Assembly: GCA_015485665.1 (NCBI GenBank)
Contig: WFTC01000015.1
Span: forward strand, 1,607-65,606
From: Candidatus Altimarinota bacterium
GTDB taxonomy: Bacteria > Patescibacteriota > Gracilibacteria > UBA1369 > 2-02-FULL-48-14
Length of the DNA: 64,000 bases
Direction: 5' to 3'
The notes under the pieces are model-generated. The model was not told the DNA's origin. It was given only the letters and a program-made list of their open reading frames with translations, and searched no databases. This document shows, piece after piece, positions 47,468 through 57,082 of this stretch. How positions within the stretch are numbered: the first letter of the stretch is position 1; the number at the start of each line of letters is the position of its first letter. Position numbers and translations under genes: made by a program.

Positions 47468-48340
47468 TTATGGGGATTTTAAAAAGAGCTCAGCTTTAAA
47501 GTCCGGACTTTGCCATACTTCTCCTTGCGAACCGATAAGCAAAGCTTCCACAGGTAAGTTTGGCAGCAACTTTATTGCATCTTCAAAGCCTAAAGCAAAT
47601 AAAGCGGTTGAATAAGAGTCAGCCAAAATTGCTGAAGCAGCTTGAGTGTAAACAGCTTGCATCTTACAGGCTGGCAAACCTGTTTTAGGATCTACAAGAT
47701 GGTGCCTGTTTCGCCATCGGCGGCGCAATGGACTGCTTGCCCCAACAGCAAAATTATCAACCTCAACAATGCCAATTCCCAAAGTAATATTTTTGGGATG
47801 CTCCAATGCCACGCGCCAAGGACCTTTTTCATCATTCCCTCGTGCGAACAAATCCCCTCCAGCATTCACCATAATGTTTGGAAAGTCGGAAAGCTTTTTT
47901 ACCATTTGATCAATTGCATAGCCCTTCCCAAGTCCGCCAAGATCAATTTCAGCACCAATCCTAACTTTATTCGCATTGATTTCCACTTTGCCGATTTTAC
48001 CGCTTTGAGATTCCTTTAAAGAATAATCAGGATCATAGCCCCATCCTTCCAAAATGCTTTTTACTGTGATATCAAATGCACCGCAGCTCCGTATTTGCAT
48101 ATCTCTAGCAAATTCAATCAGATGCATAAGCTCTTTTTCAACCTCAACCCACTCATTACAGCGCTCATTTAGTTTTGTCAAATCATTGCCGTCTATAAAT
48201 CTGGAATAAGCAGCTTCTATTCGCGCAGCTTCTTTGAATGCTTCTTTAATCGCAGATCGGGCTTTATGTTCATCAGGGCAAAGGACAGTAATCCTGATTG
48301 ATGTTCCAAGATGACTTTCCGTCAAGGAAATTTTTCCCAT
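47468..48340 (-). CDS. apbE: FAD:protein FMN transferase (ApbE family)
   Basis: Motifs FDITV, LGGLGKGYA, and HHLVDPKTGLPA. Size 290 aa. Confidence 0.85.
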   Translation of the reverse strand: MGKISLTESHLGTSIRITVLCPDEHKARSAIKEAFKEAARIEAAYSRFIDGNDLTKLNERCNEWVEVEKELMHLIEFARDMQIRSCGAFDITVKSILEGWGYDPDYSLKESQSGKIGKVEINANKVRIGAEIDLGGLGKGYAIDQMVKKLSDFPNIMVNAGGDLFARGNDEKGPWRVALEHPKNITLGIGIVEVDNFAVGASSPLRRRWRNRHHLVDPKTGLPACKMQAVYTQAASAILADSYSTALFALGFEDAIKLLPNLPVEALLIGSQGEVWQSPDFKAELFLKSP

Positions 48341-48750
48341 CAGAGAGCAGCACTAGCCTTTATATCAGCAAGAGCATTGTTGAAGCCTATCGGTGTTAGA
48401 GAGGAGCCGGCAACTTCTCTCACATTGAGTTCATCCAAGCTCATACCAACAATTGCTGCGGAAATACCGCCGGCGAACTTTTCTTGAAAGAGTCTGGCGG
48501 TTTCATTTTCAGCTTGAGGGCTTACCGTTACTGAAGTAACGACATTGTCTTTAATGCTCAAGTCTACCGCAATTGAAACGGGACCGGCAGGGCTTTGATA
48601 GTTACCTATGCTGCTATAGCTTCCATCTTGATATAGATTTGCTTGCGGTGATTCATTTGCGGCATTTTCTTTTGTGCTTGCACAAGCATTAAGAAGAACA
48701 CCGGAAAGAGTCAATAGTGACAATAAAATAAGTCTATTCGATTTTTGCAT
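48340..48750 (-). CDS. FMN-binding-domain lipoprotein (probable ApbE substrate)
   Basis: Lipobox LLNAC. FMN_bind layout YQDGSYSS.GNY....GPVSIAVDLSIKDNVVTSVTV ... EVAGSSLT (compare the SGAT flavinylation motif). The stop overlaps the apbE start. Confidence 0.7.
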   Translation of the reverse strand: MQKSNRLILLSLLTLSGVLLNACASTKENAANESPQANLYQDGSYSSIGNYQSPAGPVSIAVDLSIKDNVVTSVTVSPQAENETARLFQEKFAGGISAAIVGMSLDELNVREVAGSSLTPIGFNNALADIKASAAL

Positions 48751-48793
48751 GTTTTTAGCGTAAAATTACGCTGGTAGTCTCTCATAACAATTT

Positions 48794-49600
48794 ATGAAAT
48801 TCAAGCTGGATCCAACTAAATTTTTTGCAGGTATTCTCATAATTATGAGCGTTTTGGCAATCGGATTTAACTTCCACAAGCATAGCTTACTGCACTTTAT
48901 CGCCACTCTTGGACTTGGCTTGATACTTTATGCGGTTTACGGAGCTTTATCAGGAAAGCGCAAAAATTTATGGAATACGGTTATTACTTGTTTGATTATA
49001 TTTTTTTTATTGGATTATGGCTCTGGCAACATGGATATGTTTTACTCGCTTTTTGCAACCTTCATTGCGATGACAATGAAATTTTTCTTGGATTGGAAGG
49101 GTTCACCTGTAATTAATCCGGCTGTTGCCGGTTTGCTTCTTACAGTTGGCTTGGCGGCAATTATTCCAAACGCGGACAGTGTCTTCATTTCTTGGTGGGG
49201 TGCTTCTTTTCAGGGGTGGATTTCTTTGGTGGTGGTGGCTTTATGGATGGTTATAGGTATAAAAAAATGGAGCAAGTGGCCTGCGGTTCTTTCTTTTTTA
49301 ATTGCTCATGCAGCAATACTCATTCTTAGAGGGATGGAAAGAGAAACGCTTGAGTTTATTTTTAGCGATTCAACGATATATTTCATGGCTTCTTTTATGC
49401 TGATTGAACCTAAAACCTCACCTATTGCAAAGAAGGAGCAGATTGTTTTTGGACTTATTGCAGCTTTGACCTTAAACTTTTTTATGCAAGCTGGGCTTTC
49501 TTATGGAGAGCTGTTTGCTATAGGTTTTGCAAATGTAAGCTTTGCACTAATGAGAATCATAAGAAAGAAAAAGAAAAGAATTATATCGGCATGCAGCTAG
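48794..49600 (+). CDS. RnfD/NqrB-like integral membrane protein (short form)
   Basis: About 8 TM helices and the signature FMLIEPKTSP (compare RnfD/NqrB ..TDPvTSP). It is divergent from the apbE pair. Confidence 0.55.
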   Translation: MKFKLDPTKFFAGILIIMSVLAIGFNFHKHSLLHFIATLGLGLILYAVYGALSGKRKNLWNTVITCLIIFFLLDYGSGNMDMFYSLFATFIAMTMKFFLDWKGSPVINPAVAGLLLTVGLAAIIPNADSVFISWWGASFQGWISLVVVALWMVIGIKKWSKWPAVLSFLIAHAAILILRGMERETLEFIFSDSTIYFMASFMLIEPKTSPIAKKEQIVFGLIAALTLNFFMQAGLSYGELFAIGFANVSFALMRIIRKKKKRIISACS

Positions 49601-50037
49601 GCTACTTTTACAGTCTTGCCGTTGAGGTAAATAGTAACCTCTTTTTGAGTTTGAAGTCTTTGCGGTGACCCTTCAATAATTACGGTTTCATCAATGTCCC
49701 CATGTTGCCGTGATAAATTTGTGGCGGCTGCAAAAAGCTCAAGTTTATTTTGAGCTATCTCTTCTTTATGCAGCTGTATTTGCTTACGAAGCTCATTGTA
49801 TTCGTCATTGTTTTCCATAATTAATTTGAGATGTTCTTCTTTTCTTTCTTTCACTTGCGCCTTCAAGTCTTTCAAAGTAAGCATGAGATCTTCAAGCTCC
49901 ATAGGTAAATCGGATTCAATTTCTTTGATAGCCTTCTTCATTTCTTTTAGCTCTTCCATTTTAATTGTGAGCCTTTCAAGTAAATCTCTGATAAGAGATG
50001 TGTTCATATTTTGTCTTTGCGTGAAATCTTGAGGCAT
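49597..50037 (-). CDS. hypothetical coiled-coil protein (146 aa)
   Basis: Heptad-rich, Glu/Lys/Leu-rich sequence with no recognisable motif. Confidence 0.4.
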   Translation of the reverse strand: MPQDFTQRQNMNTSLIRDLLERLTIKMEELKEMKKAIKEIESDLPMELEDLMLTLKDLKAQVKERKEEHLKLIMENNDEYNELRKQIQLHKEEIAQNKLELFAAATNLSRQHGDIDETVIIEGSPQRLQTQKEVTIYLNGKTVKVA

Positions 50038-50224
50038 GTAATCAGGGGTTAATTTGAAGCTATGTTACGAAGTCCATAGTTATTGTGCAAGAGATTATGT
50101 TTGAAGGTGACTTTAAGCGATGAAGATGTTAAATAATAAATGACAAGTTTTATGGTTGAACTGCAGCCTAACCTTGACAACAGGTTTATTTTCAGGTAGA
50201 AAGGTGTTGAAGTTAAGCCAACAC

Positions 50225-50980
50225 ATGCTTGCAAAACAGCTTATCAAGCTACTGAAGCTCAATGAAAAAGATGCTCGGATTTATCTGGATATACTGCGTT
50301 TTGGCAGTTCTGCTGCAAGCAGTGTGGCTACTCGTACTCAAATTGATAGAACTACTGTTTACGCTGCATTCAAACGTCTTATTCGCAGAGGTTTGGTCAG
50401 TCAAACAAAACTGGACGGCACCACCTATTTTGATGCGCTTGATCCGGATGCACTGGAAGTTTCCATTCAAAGAGAGATTCAAGAAAATCAGGCAAAACTC
50501 ACAGTACTTAAAACCATTCTTCCGGATTTGGCAGCTTTAAAAAATGAACAGTCCGTGCGACCGGCTGTTCAAATTTTTGAAGGAGTGGAGGGTGTGGTGG
50601 CTCTTTATGAGCTAATGTTAAAACAGAATAAAGACCTGTCGGCTTTTTTGACTGTGGAACACTTACCGAAAGAACTTAAAACATATCTTACAGATACATA
50701 TATAAAACGAAAAATCAAACGAGGAGTGCACAGTCGGGTTTTAGTTTCAGATTCCAAAAGAGCTGCACCTTACAAGGATTTGGACCCGAAAGGAAATAGA
50801 GTTACAAAAATAGTTCCGTCAGGATATTTGCCCTTTGAAACTGAAATCATAATAGGTTTGGAAGGGGTGGCGGTGATAGATTTGCGAGGACAGTTTTTTG
50901 GAGTATTTATTAAAAGTCCATCCATTCGCAATACGCTTTTTGCCATTTTTGAACTTGTTTGGGGTCTTTTACCAAAGTAG
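50225..50980 (+). CDS. TrmB-family winged-helix transcriptional regulator
   Basis: The N-terminus LNEKDARIYLDILRFGSSAASSVATRTQIDRTTVYAAFKRLIRRGLV is a typical TrmB HTH. The ATG at 50225 is preferred. Confidence 0.6.
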   Translation: MLAKQLIKLLKLNEKDARIYLDILRFGSSAASSVATRTQIDRTTVYAAFKRLIRRGLVSQTKLDGTTYFDALDPDALEVSIQREIQENQAKLTVLKTILPDLAALKNEQSVRPAVQIFEGVEGVVALYELMLKQNKDLSAFLTVEHLPKELKTYLTDTYIKRKIKRGVHSRVLVSDSKRAAPYKDLDPKGNRVTKIVPSGYLPFETEIIIGLEGVAVIDLRGQFFGVFIKSPSIRNTLFAIFELVWGLLPK

Positions 50981-50989
50981 TCTTAATAC

Positions 50990-51496
50990 ATGAGCATATC
51001 AACTCGTACAGGTGATGACGGCAAAACTTTTATTTGTAGCGGGCTGCGTATCCCAAAGAATGATGACCGTTTTCACGCACTCGGAGCTTTGGATGAATTG
51101 AATGCGCTTTTGGGTACTGTAGAGGCAAGGGTTTTTGACCTTACAGCGGTACAACATGAACTTTTTGATTTGGGGTGCTTTTTGGCAGATTTAAAACATA
51201 TAAATAAAAAGAATTTTAAGCCTCCTCTTGAGAGGCTGGATAAAGAGATTGCAGATTTGGAATCTCAATTACCTCCTATTCACAATTTCATATTACCGGG
51301 AGGGCATCCGTGTGCGGCTCAAGTACATTTAGCAAGGGCTGTTTGCCGCAGAGCGGAAAGAGAAATGCTAAGTCTGGATTTACCCCAATCGGTTTTTTCT
51401 TATATGAACAGACTTTCAGATTATTTGTTTTTAGTGGCAAGGAAAATAAACTTTGATGAAGATTTCACGGAGCCTTTATGGAAATCTGTGCTATAA
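50990..51496 (+). CDS. PduO-type ATP:cob(I)alamin adenosyltransferase
   Basis: TRTGDDGKT start, ALGALDELNALLG, and FILPGG motifs. Confidence 0.8.
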   Translation: MSISTRTGDDGKTFICSGLRIPKNDDRFHALGALDELNALLGTVEARVFDLTAVQHELFDLGCFLADLKHINKKNFKPPLERLDKEIADLESQLPPIHNFILPGGHPCAAQVHLARAVCRRAEREMLSLDLPQSVFSYMNRLSDYLFLVARKINFDEDFTEPLWKSVL

Positions 51497-51525
51497 TATA
51501 GAGCCTAATATTTAACTTACTGCTT

Positions 51526-51849
51526 ATGAGAGTTCACAAACACATTGTTAACCTTACAGATCCGGAAGAAGTGCAATTCAATGATTACTTTGAGCGAAAG
51601 CTGGGCAGAATTAAAACCTTTGTAGAGCGTCACTTTCCGGATGTGGATACTGTAACAATGAATGTGAATATGCAAAGGCATGAAAAACATACCGCTTTTG
51701 AGTTTGATGTAAAATTAAGCTTGCCGGGTTTTAATCCTTTCGTAGCGGAAGCAGTAAAGCATAGTGTGACAGAGCCTATGGATATAGTGTTTGATAGGCT
51801 GGATCAGATGATACATAAAGAATTTGATAAACGGAGGCATCTTAGATAA
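51526..51849 (+). CDS. hpf: ribosome hibernation promoting factor / RaiA family (short form)
   Basis: 107 aa with the beta-alpha-beta-beta-beta-alpha pattern (..YFERKLGRIKTF.. ; ..AFEFDVKLSLPG..FVAEAV.. ; MDIVFDRLDQMIHK). Confidence 0.55.
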   Translation: MRVHKHIVNLTDPEEVQFNDYFERKLGRIKTFVERHFPDVDTVTMNVNMQRHEKHTAFEFDVKLSLPGFNPFVAEAVKHSVTEPMDIVFDRLDQMIHKEFDKRRHLR

Positions 51850-52970
51850 TGATTTATTTGGACTATGCAGCCGCAACCCCTTTAGATCCAAGAGTGGCTG
51901 AAGCCATGCAACCTTATTTATTGGAGGAGTATGGCAACCCCTCTTCCATTCATCAATTGGGGCAACGAAGCAGAAGGGCCATTGACGAAGCTCGCCTTAA
52001 AGCTATGGATTTTTTAGGTGCTTTTTCTTTTCATGAAGTTATATTTACAGGCAGCGGTACTGAATCTTGCAACATGGCTATATTTGGAGCTGCTTTCGCT
52101 CGCAGTGAAAAAGGCAAACATTTGGTCATATCAGCTATTGAGCACCCCGCAGTGCGTGAAACAGCTTATTATTTGCGTGATAATTTTGGATTTACTTTAT
52201 CAGAAGTGAAACCGGACTTGAAGGGTATTATTCACTTTAAAGATGTGGAGAAAGAGCTGCGTGAAGATACAATTTTGTTAAGTGTTATGATGGCAAATAA
52301 CGAAGTTGGCAGCATTCAGCCGGTGAAAGAATTGGCAGCTTTGTGTAGAGAAAGAGGGATTTTATTTCATACGGATGCGTGTCAAGCACCAACTTGCCTG
52401 AAAGTTCGCGTTGACGAAATATGCCCGGACTTACTTAGCCTTAACGGATCCAAGATTTATGGACCAAAAGGAGTTGGATTGCTGTATGTACGTGAAGGGC
52501 TAAAAATCTCTCCTTTTATTCATGGAGGTGGTCAAGAATTTCGTATGAGAGGAGGAACTGAAAATGTTGCCAACATTGTTGGTTTTGGCAAAGCTTTAGA
52601 GCTACTGGAAAACGAAAAGGAAAATGAATCGGTGGGTAAACTGCGAGATACTTTACTTGCCCTGCTTGAATCTTTACATGATGTTGAGTTAAACGGACAT
52701 CGTGAAAAGCGTCTTTGCAACAATATAAATATACATGTGAAAGGCGTGTCTGGTGAGAGCTTGGTCATGCGTTTGGATATGGAAGGTATTGCAGTATCCA
52801 GCGGCTCTGCTTGTTCATCTGGGAAAACGGAACCTTCTCATGTATTAATGGCTATGGGGCAATCCAAAGAACGTGCTCTGCAGTCGTTACGGATAAGTTT
52901 GGGGCGCTTTACAACAGAGCTGGAAATACAAAAAGCATGGAATGTGCTAAAAAAATGCATATTCACTTGA
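51849..52970 (+). CDS. cysteine desulfurase (NifS/IscS class)
   Basis: IYLDYAATTPLDPRV start, PLP-lysine region SLNGSKIYGPKGVG, and the catalytic loop SSGSACSSG. Confidence 0.85.
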   Translation: MIYLDYAAATPLDPRVAEAMQPYLLEEYGNPSSIHQLGQRSRRAIDEARLKAMDFLGAFSFHEVIFTGSGTESCNMAIFGAAFARSEKGKHLVISAIEHPAVRETAYYLRDNFGFTLSEVKPDLKGIIHFKDVEKELREDTILLSVMMANNEVGSIQPVKELAALCRERGILFHTDACQAPTCLKVRVDEICPDLLSLNGSKIYGPKGVGLLYVREGLKISPFIHGGGQEFRMRGGTENVANIVGFGKALELLENEKENESVGKLRDTLLALLESLHDVELNGHREKRLCNNINIHVKGVSGESLVMRLDMEGIAVSSGSACSSGKTEPSHVLMAMGQSKERALQSLRISLGRFTTELEIQKAWNVLKKCIFT

Positions 52971-53035
52971 CAAAAATAAGCTTTAAACTAAGGTAAAGCC
53001 CTTCTCTTTTGTTGTAATAAAAATCTATAATTAAA

Positions 53036-53590
53036 ATGACAAAATTTGAATCAATAGGGTCCGGACCTGAAACTTCTGAACGTACTAAAGAATGTTTTTT
53101 CAATAGTGATTTAGACATAGTATGTCGTGGACCGTCTAAGGATGAAGTGGTCAAGCGACTCATAAATGCTTTATTGAATTTACTTTCATACGAAAAAAAG
53201 TATTCAGTTCAGATGAATGTAGGGGGTGTAGAATTGACTTACGTATGCACAGTTATAGAGGATGAAGGTGCCAAGCGTCTGAATATTTGTTTTTCTATGA
53301 TAGAGCGCTCCCAGCATGAAGGAGTGTTGTTGCAACGTAACAATAACGAATATATTAGATTGAAAGACCAAGTAGTAGAATTCCTTTTAATTGCAAGCGT
53401 AGAAAATGGTAATTTTATTTTAGTGCAGAAAAATTGTAGAGGAAACAAGGAGGCAGATGTTCAAAGTATAAAATTTATGTTACGTAATTTGGTATGTGCT
53501 CTAGAAAATGATTACAAAGAACCTACAAATGATAATCCTATTAGAGATGCAATCTTAAATGTTTTGCAAGGAAATAAAATCCCCTCTTAG
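53036..53590 (+). CDS. hypothetical protein (184 aa)
   Basis: The reading frame fills the gap between flanking genes on the same strand. No motif recognised. Confidence 0.4.
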   Translation: MTKFESIGSGPETSERTKECFFNSDLDIVCRGPSKDEVVKRLINALLNLLSYEKKYSVQMNVGGVELTYVCTVIEDEGAKRLNICFSMIERSQHEGVLLQRNNNEYIRLKDQVVEFLLIASVENGNFILVQKNCRGNKEADVQSIKFMLRNLVCALENDYKEPTNDNPIRDAILNVLQGNKIPS

Positions 53591-53645
53591 GATTGCTTAA
53601 TGGAAAGCATCATGTTACTTTAAGAGCGTTTATCGTTTATTACAA

Positions 53646-55199
53646 ATGAATCCGCTGTTTATCGTTACTGTTTTGGTACTTGGAGGGCTGTCTTTTGCAA
53701 TAGCTCGCTTTATACCTGGTTCAGGTGTGGAAATTAAATTGCAAGATAAAGAAAAAGACTTAGAAGAGGCAAAAAAAGAAGCGGATAGGATTTATCAAGG
53801 GGCAAAAGAAAAAGAGGAAAGCATAAAACGTACTTTCAAGGAGGAAGAAGATGATCTGAAAAGATCAATTACAAGTCTCAACGAACTTATAGAACAAAAA
53901 GAACAACTTTGTAAAAGAAGAACGGAGCGCAACAAAAATTTTGAGCAAAATGTGCAAAAAATTCAAAAGGAAGCAAAGACTTTTTTATCTGAAGCAGAGG
54001 AAATAAAGCTAACCGCAATGCGCAGACTATCCAAGGTGGCTGATTTGGATCAAGAAAGGGCATTGGAGCAAGTTAAAACAGAGCTTGAAATGCTAATAAC
54101 TGACGGAAAAGAGCAGCGAATGGAGACTGAACTTGAGGAGTTTCAAGAAGATATTTTGCGCCACGCAAGTGCCGTACTTCAAGTAGCAATCCAGCGTTTG
54201 GGAGTGCAAAGTTCAGTTGATAAAAACACTACTACTCTGCACTTTAAGAATGACAAATTTCTTGGCATGATGGCTGGCAAAAATGGAAAGAACGTTGCTT
54301 TTCTTGAAAGTTTACTGCCCGTTTCTATTATTTTTAATCATGCTGGAGCAAAAAGCATTCATATAGGAGGGCTAAATTTATTGCAGCGCAATATTGCCAA
54401 ACACGCAATTTTAAAATTGGAGAAACAGGCCATAAAGAAACAAGGCATAACGCATTCTATGATAAAAGATGCAGTTTCTGATGCTGAAATAAAAATAATG
54501 CGAATATGTGATGAAAAAGGAAGATGGGCTCTCAGGCAGCTTGGAAAAGATCCCAATGATACTCCTAAGGAATTAGTTAATTACATAGGGCGTTTGTATT
54601 TCCGGACCAGTTACGGACAGAACATAATTCATCACTCTCTTGAAATGGCATTTGCAGCGCGTCTCATTGCCGAATTAATCGGTTCCGATGTTGAAACTGC
54701 AATGATGGGGACTTTTTATCATGATATTGGCAAAGCTATAGATCATGATATTGGAGGTTCTCATGATGATATTTCCAAAGAAATCTTGGAAAAGCATGGT
54801 TTTGATTCGGACTTGGTGCGAGCAGCTTATTGTCATCATGATAAAGTACCTTGTCTTAAGCCGGCGGATTATATTTGTAAGGCGGCAGATGCGATTTCCG
54901 GTGGACGTCCGGGAGCTCGTATGGAGTCTGTTACCAATTATTTTGAACGTATGAAGGAGCTTGAAAAATGTGCAAGTCATTTTGAAGGAGTGCGTAAAGT
55001 TTTGACTATGTCAGCCGGTCGTGAAGTTCGTGTAATTGTGGATCAAAGTAAAGTTAAAGATAATTTGATGCAAAGCCTTGCAGATGATATTGCTGAGAAA
55101 ATTTCAGAAGAGGTTTCCTTTCCTGGCATTATTAAGGTAAATTTACTTCGTATCACTAAATCAGCCGACTATGCTAGGGAAAAACAAAGACGAAGATAA
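53646..55199 (+). CDS. rny: ribonuclease Y
   Basis: N-terminal TM helix, a long coiled coil, a KH domain (GMMAGKNGKNV) and an HD domain (HHSLEMA ... YHDIGKA). Confidence 0.9.
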   Translation: MNPLFIVTVLVLGGLSFAIARFIPGSGVEIKLQDKEKDLEEAKKEADRIYQGAKEKEESIKRTFKEEEDDLKRSITSLNELIEQKEQLCKRRTERNKNFEQNVQKIQKEAKTFLSEAEEIKLTAMRRLSKVADLDQERALEQVKTELEMLITDGKEQRMETELEEFQEDILRHASAVLQVAIQRLGVQSSVDKNTTTLHFKNDKFLGMMAGKNGKNVAFLESLLPVSIIFNHAGAKSIHIGGLNLLQRNIAKHAILKLEKQAIKKQGITHSMIKDAVSDAEIKIMRICDEKGRWALRQLGKDPNDTPKELVNYIGRLYFRTSYGQNIIHHSLEMAFAARLIAELIGSDVETAMMGTFYHDIGKAIDHDIGGSHDDISKEILEKHGFDSDLVRAAYCHHDKVPCLKPADYICKAADAISGGRPGARMESVTNYFERMKELEKCASHFEGVRKVLTMSAGREVRVIVDQSKVKDNLMQSLADDIAEKISEEVSFPGIIKVNLLRITKSADYAREKQRRR

Positions 55200-55503
55200 G
55201 CAAAATAATAAATCCCAAGTTGATAAGATCATTTTGGGGGCAATTATAGGGACTGCGGTAGGTTCGGCGATTGGAGCGGGCATGGCACCGAAAAAAGGCA
55301 AAGATACACGAAAAGATGCAAAAAAAAGACTCAAACTGATAGGTGAAACAAGCAGTAGACTGATAAAACTTGGTAAGCGCTTATTTCCAATAAAAAATTT
55401 GTTTTCCCGAAAGAAGAAGCAAGTAAATAGCGGCGAGCCACTAATGCCCTTTGATGAAATGAAAGCAATTCCTCATGAAGGGGAAAAAGTGGAAGATCTT
55501 TAG
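55171..55503 (+). CDS. YtxH-like small membrane/stress protein
   Basis: GAIIGTAVGSAIGAGMAPKKGKDTRKD is the typical YtxH Gly-zipper helix plus basic segment. It overlaps the rny 3' end by 29 nt. Confidence 0.5.
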   Translation: MLGKNKDEDKQNNKSQVDKIILGAIIGTAVGSAIGAGMAPKKGKDTRKDAKKRLKLIGETSSRLIKLGKRLFPIKNLFSRKKKQVNSGEPLMPFDEMKAIPHEGEKVEDL

Positions 55504-55505
55504 TA

Positions 55506-56237
55506 TCAATTATTTGATTGCAAAGATTGAAGGCGCATTCTTGCCTCTTCATTGTAAGGGTCAAGTTTTATGATTCGTGTTAACATGGCTATTGCCTTGT
55601 CTTTTTCTCCCAAGCTTTCATAAAAATCCGACAAAATAAATTTAAGAGCAATGTCTTTTGGCTTACGACGTTCAGCTCTTTCAAAATAGTGTAGTGCTTT
55701 ATCTTGCTCATCTAGCTCATAATAAACTTGAGCCAAGCTTTGTAAACGATTTCCACGTTTATCATCCAGAGCAATTGCATTTTCATAAGCTTCGGCTGCT
55801 TCCACTAAGCGATTTTGTTGATAAAGGGCTGCCCCCAAATTGCTGTAGTAAATGGGATCTTTCTTCATATTTATAAGTTTATTAAACAAGAGCTCGGCTT
55901 TTGGAAAGTTTTCCATATTCATATAAAGAAGCCCTAATTTATGATGCGCTTCCATATGCCTTGAGTCCATTTCAATTACAGCAAGGAAAAGCCGTTCGGC
56001 ATCATCCCATTCTTTTCTGCTGAAATGCATGTCAGCTTTAAGAAAATTCTTGCGTGGACTGGAGTGTGGTTTTTTTTGTACCGGAGCTTGCAGATCTTCT
56101 TCCATTTGAGCCTTTTCTTCTTTTGCCAAATTAGCTTGAAATTTAAGGTCTTGCACTGTGAGTCGCATACGACGCAAAAAAATCAATAGGAGCATCAGAC
56201 CGCTGAAAATGAATAAAATCCAATAAAAAATAATCAT
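55506..56237 (-). CDS. membrane-anchored tetratricopeptide (TPR) repeat protein
   Basis: N-terminal TM helix followed by about 5 TPR-like units (W..AE..F..AI..D, A...LG.LY, A..AYE.AI..D, AL.YFERA). Confidence 0.7.
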   Translation of the reverse strand: MIIFYWILFIFSGLMLLLIFLRRMRLTVQDLKFQANLAKEEKAQMEEDLQAPVQKKPHSSPRKNFLKADMHFSRKEWDDAERLFLAVIEMDSRHMEAHHKLGLLYMNMENFPKAELLFNKLINMKKDPIYYSNLGAALYQQNRLVEAAEAYENAIALDDKRGNRLQSLAQVYYELDEQDKALHYFERAERRKPKDIALKFILSDFYESLGEKDKAIAMLTRIIKLDPYNEEARMRLQSLQSNN

Positions 56238-57082
56238 AATACAAAGGATAAGAGTAAATTTTCAAGAACCAACTTTCTGTTTACATTGCCACGAAGATCC
56301 TCTCTGCTTTCTTCAATTTTTTCCGCAAGATCGGTGGAAGCTCGTCCTGACAGGATTAATGTTCTCGTGCGATGCAGGAGAATGTCAAGAAATTCTTCAA
56401 GATATTCATCTTTTTCATACTTTCTTGAAAGAGCGAATGCATCTGAAACACATGGTTTTTCAAGGAAAGATTCAATAATCTCATGTAAACGACAATGAAG
56501 TTCAAAATAAAACATATCTTTCTGTAGACGTATCAGCTTCCCCGGTCTTCCCATGGCATACATTAGCATGCTTTTTGGATCCGTACTTTTCAGAGCTTTT
56601 AGGATGGTTTCATCGGAAACACAGTTAAAATGAGTAACTCTGCAACGAGATCTAATTGTGGGAAGAACATGATCTTCTTGGTTGGCGGTTAAGAAAAATA
56701 TGGTATTTTCACATGGTTCTTCCAAAGTTTTAAGCAATGCATTCATTGCTTCAATTTTCATGCGAGCCACATTTTCAATAACCATGACCAAGTATGGACT
56801 TGCATGACTTTGTGAAGCGCGTTCTTTGAGAGTACGGATGTCTTTAATCGAAATATTTTGACCCTCGTCGGTCAAAAATATTGTATCGGCACTCACTCCA
56901 CTAAAAATTTCTTGCCTAATCAATTTTTTATCTGCGGCATTTTGTAAAAGTATAGCAATTTCCATTGCTACACGAGTTTTTCCAACATGCTGCGGACCTA
57001 TAAAGAGTTGAGCATGCCCCATTCGTCCGGACAAAGCCTCTTTTTTCAATCTTGCCAAGATTTTTTGATGTCCTATTATCAT
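56234..57082 (-). CDS. holB: DNA polymerase III delta-prime subunit
   Basis: GHAQLFIGPQHVGKT P-loop-like region, LLKTLEEP, and the SRC motif (TIRSRC). Size 282 aa. Confidence 0.8.
   Translation of the reverse strand: MIIGHQKILARLKKEALSGRMGHAQLFIGPQHVGKTRVAMEIAILLQNAADKKLIRQEIFSGVSADTIFLTDEGQNISIKDIRTLKERASQSHASPYLVMVIENVARMKIEAMNALLKTLEEPCENTIFFLTANQEDHVLPTIRSRCRVTHFNCVSDETILKALKSTDPKSMLMYAMGRPGKLIRLQKDMFYFELHCRLHEIIESFLEKPCVSDAFALSRKYEKDEYLEEFLDILLHRTRTLILSGRASTDLAEKIEESREDLRGNVNRKLVLENLLLSFVL

Noticed and set aside
47349-47615. Plus-strand 88-aa ORF
   Set aside because: It reads through tRNA-Asp and into the antisense of apbE.
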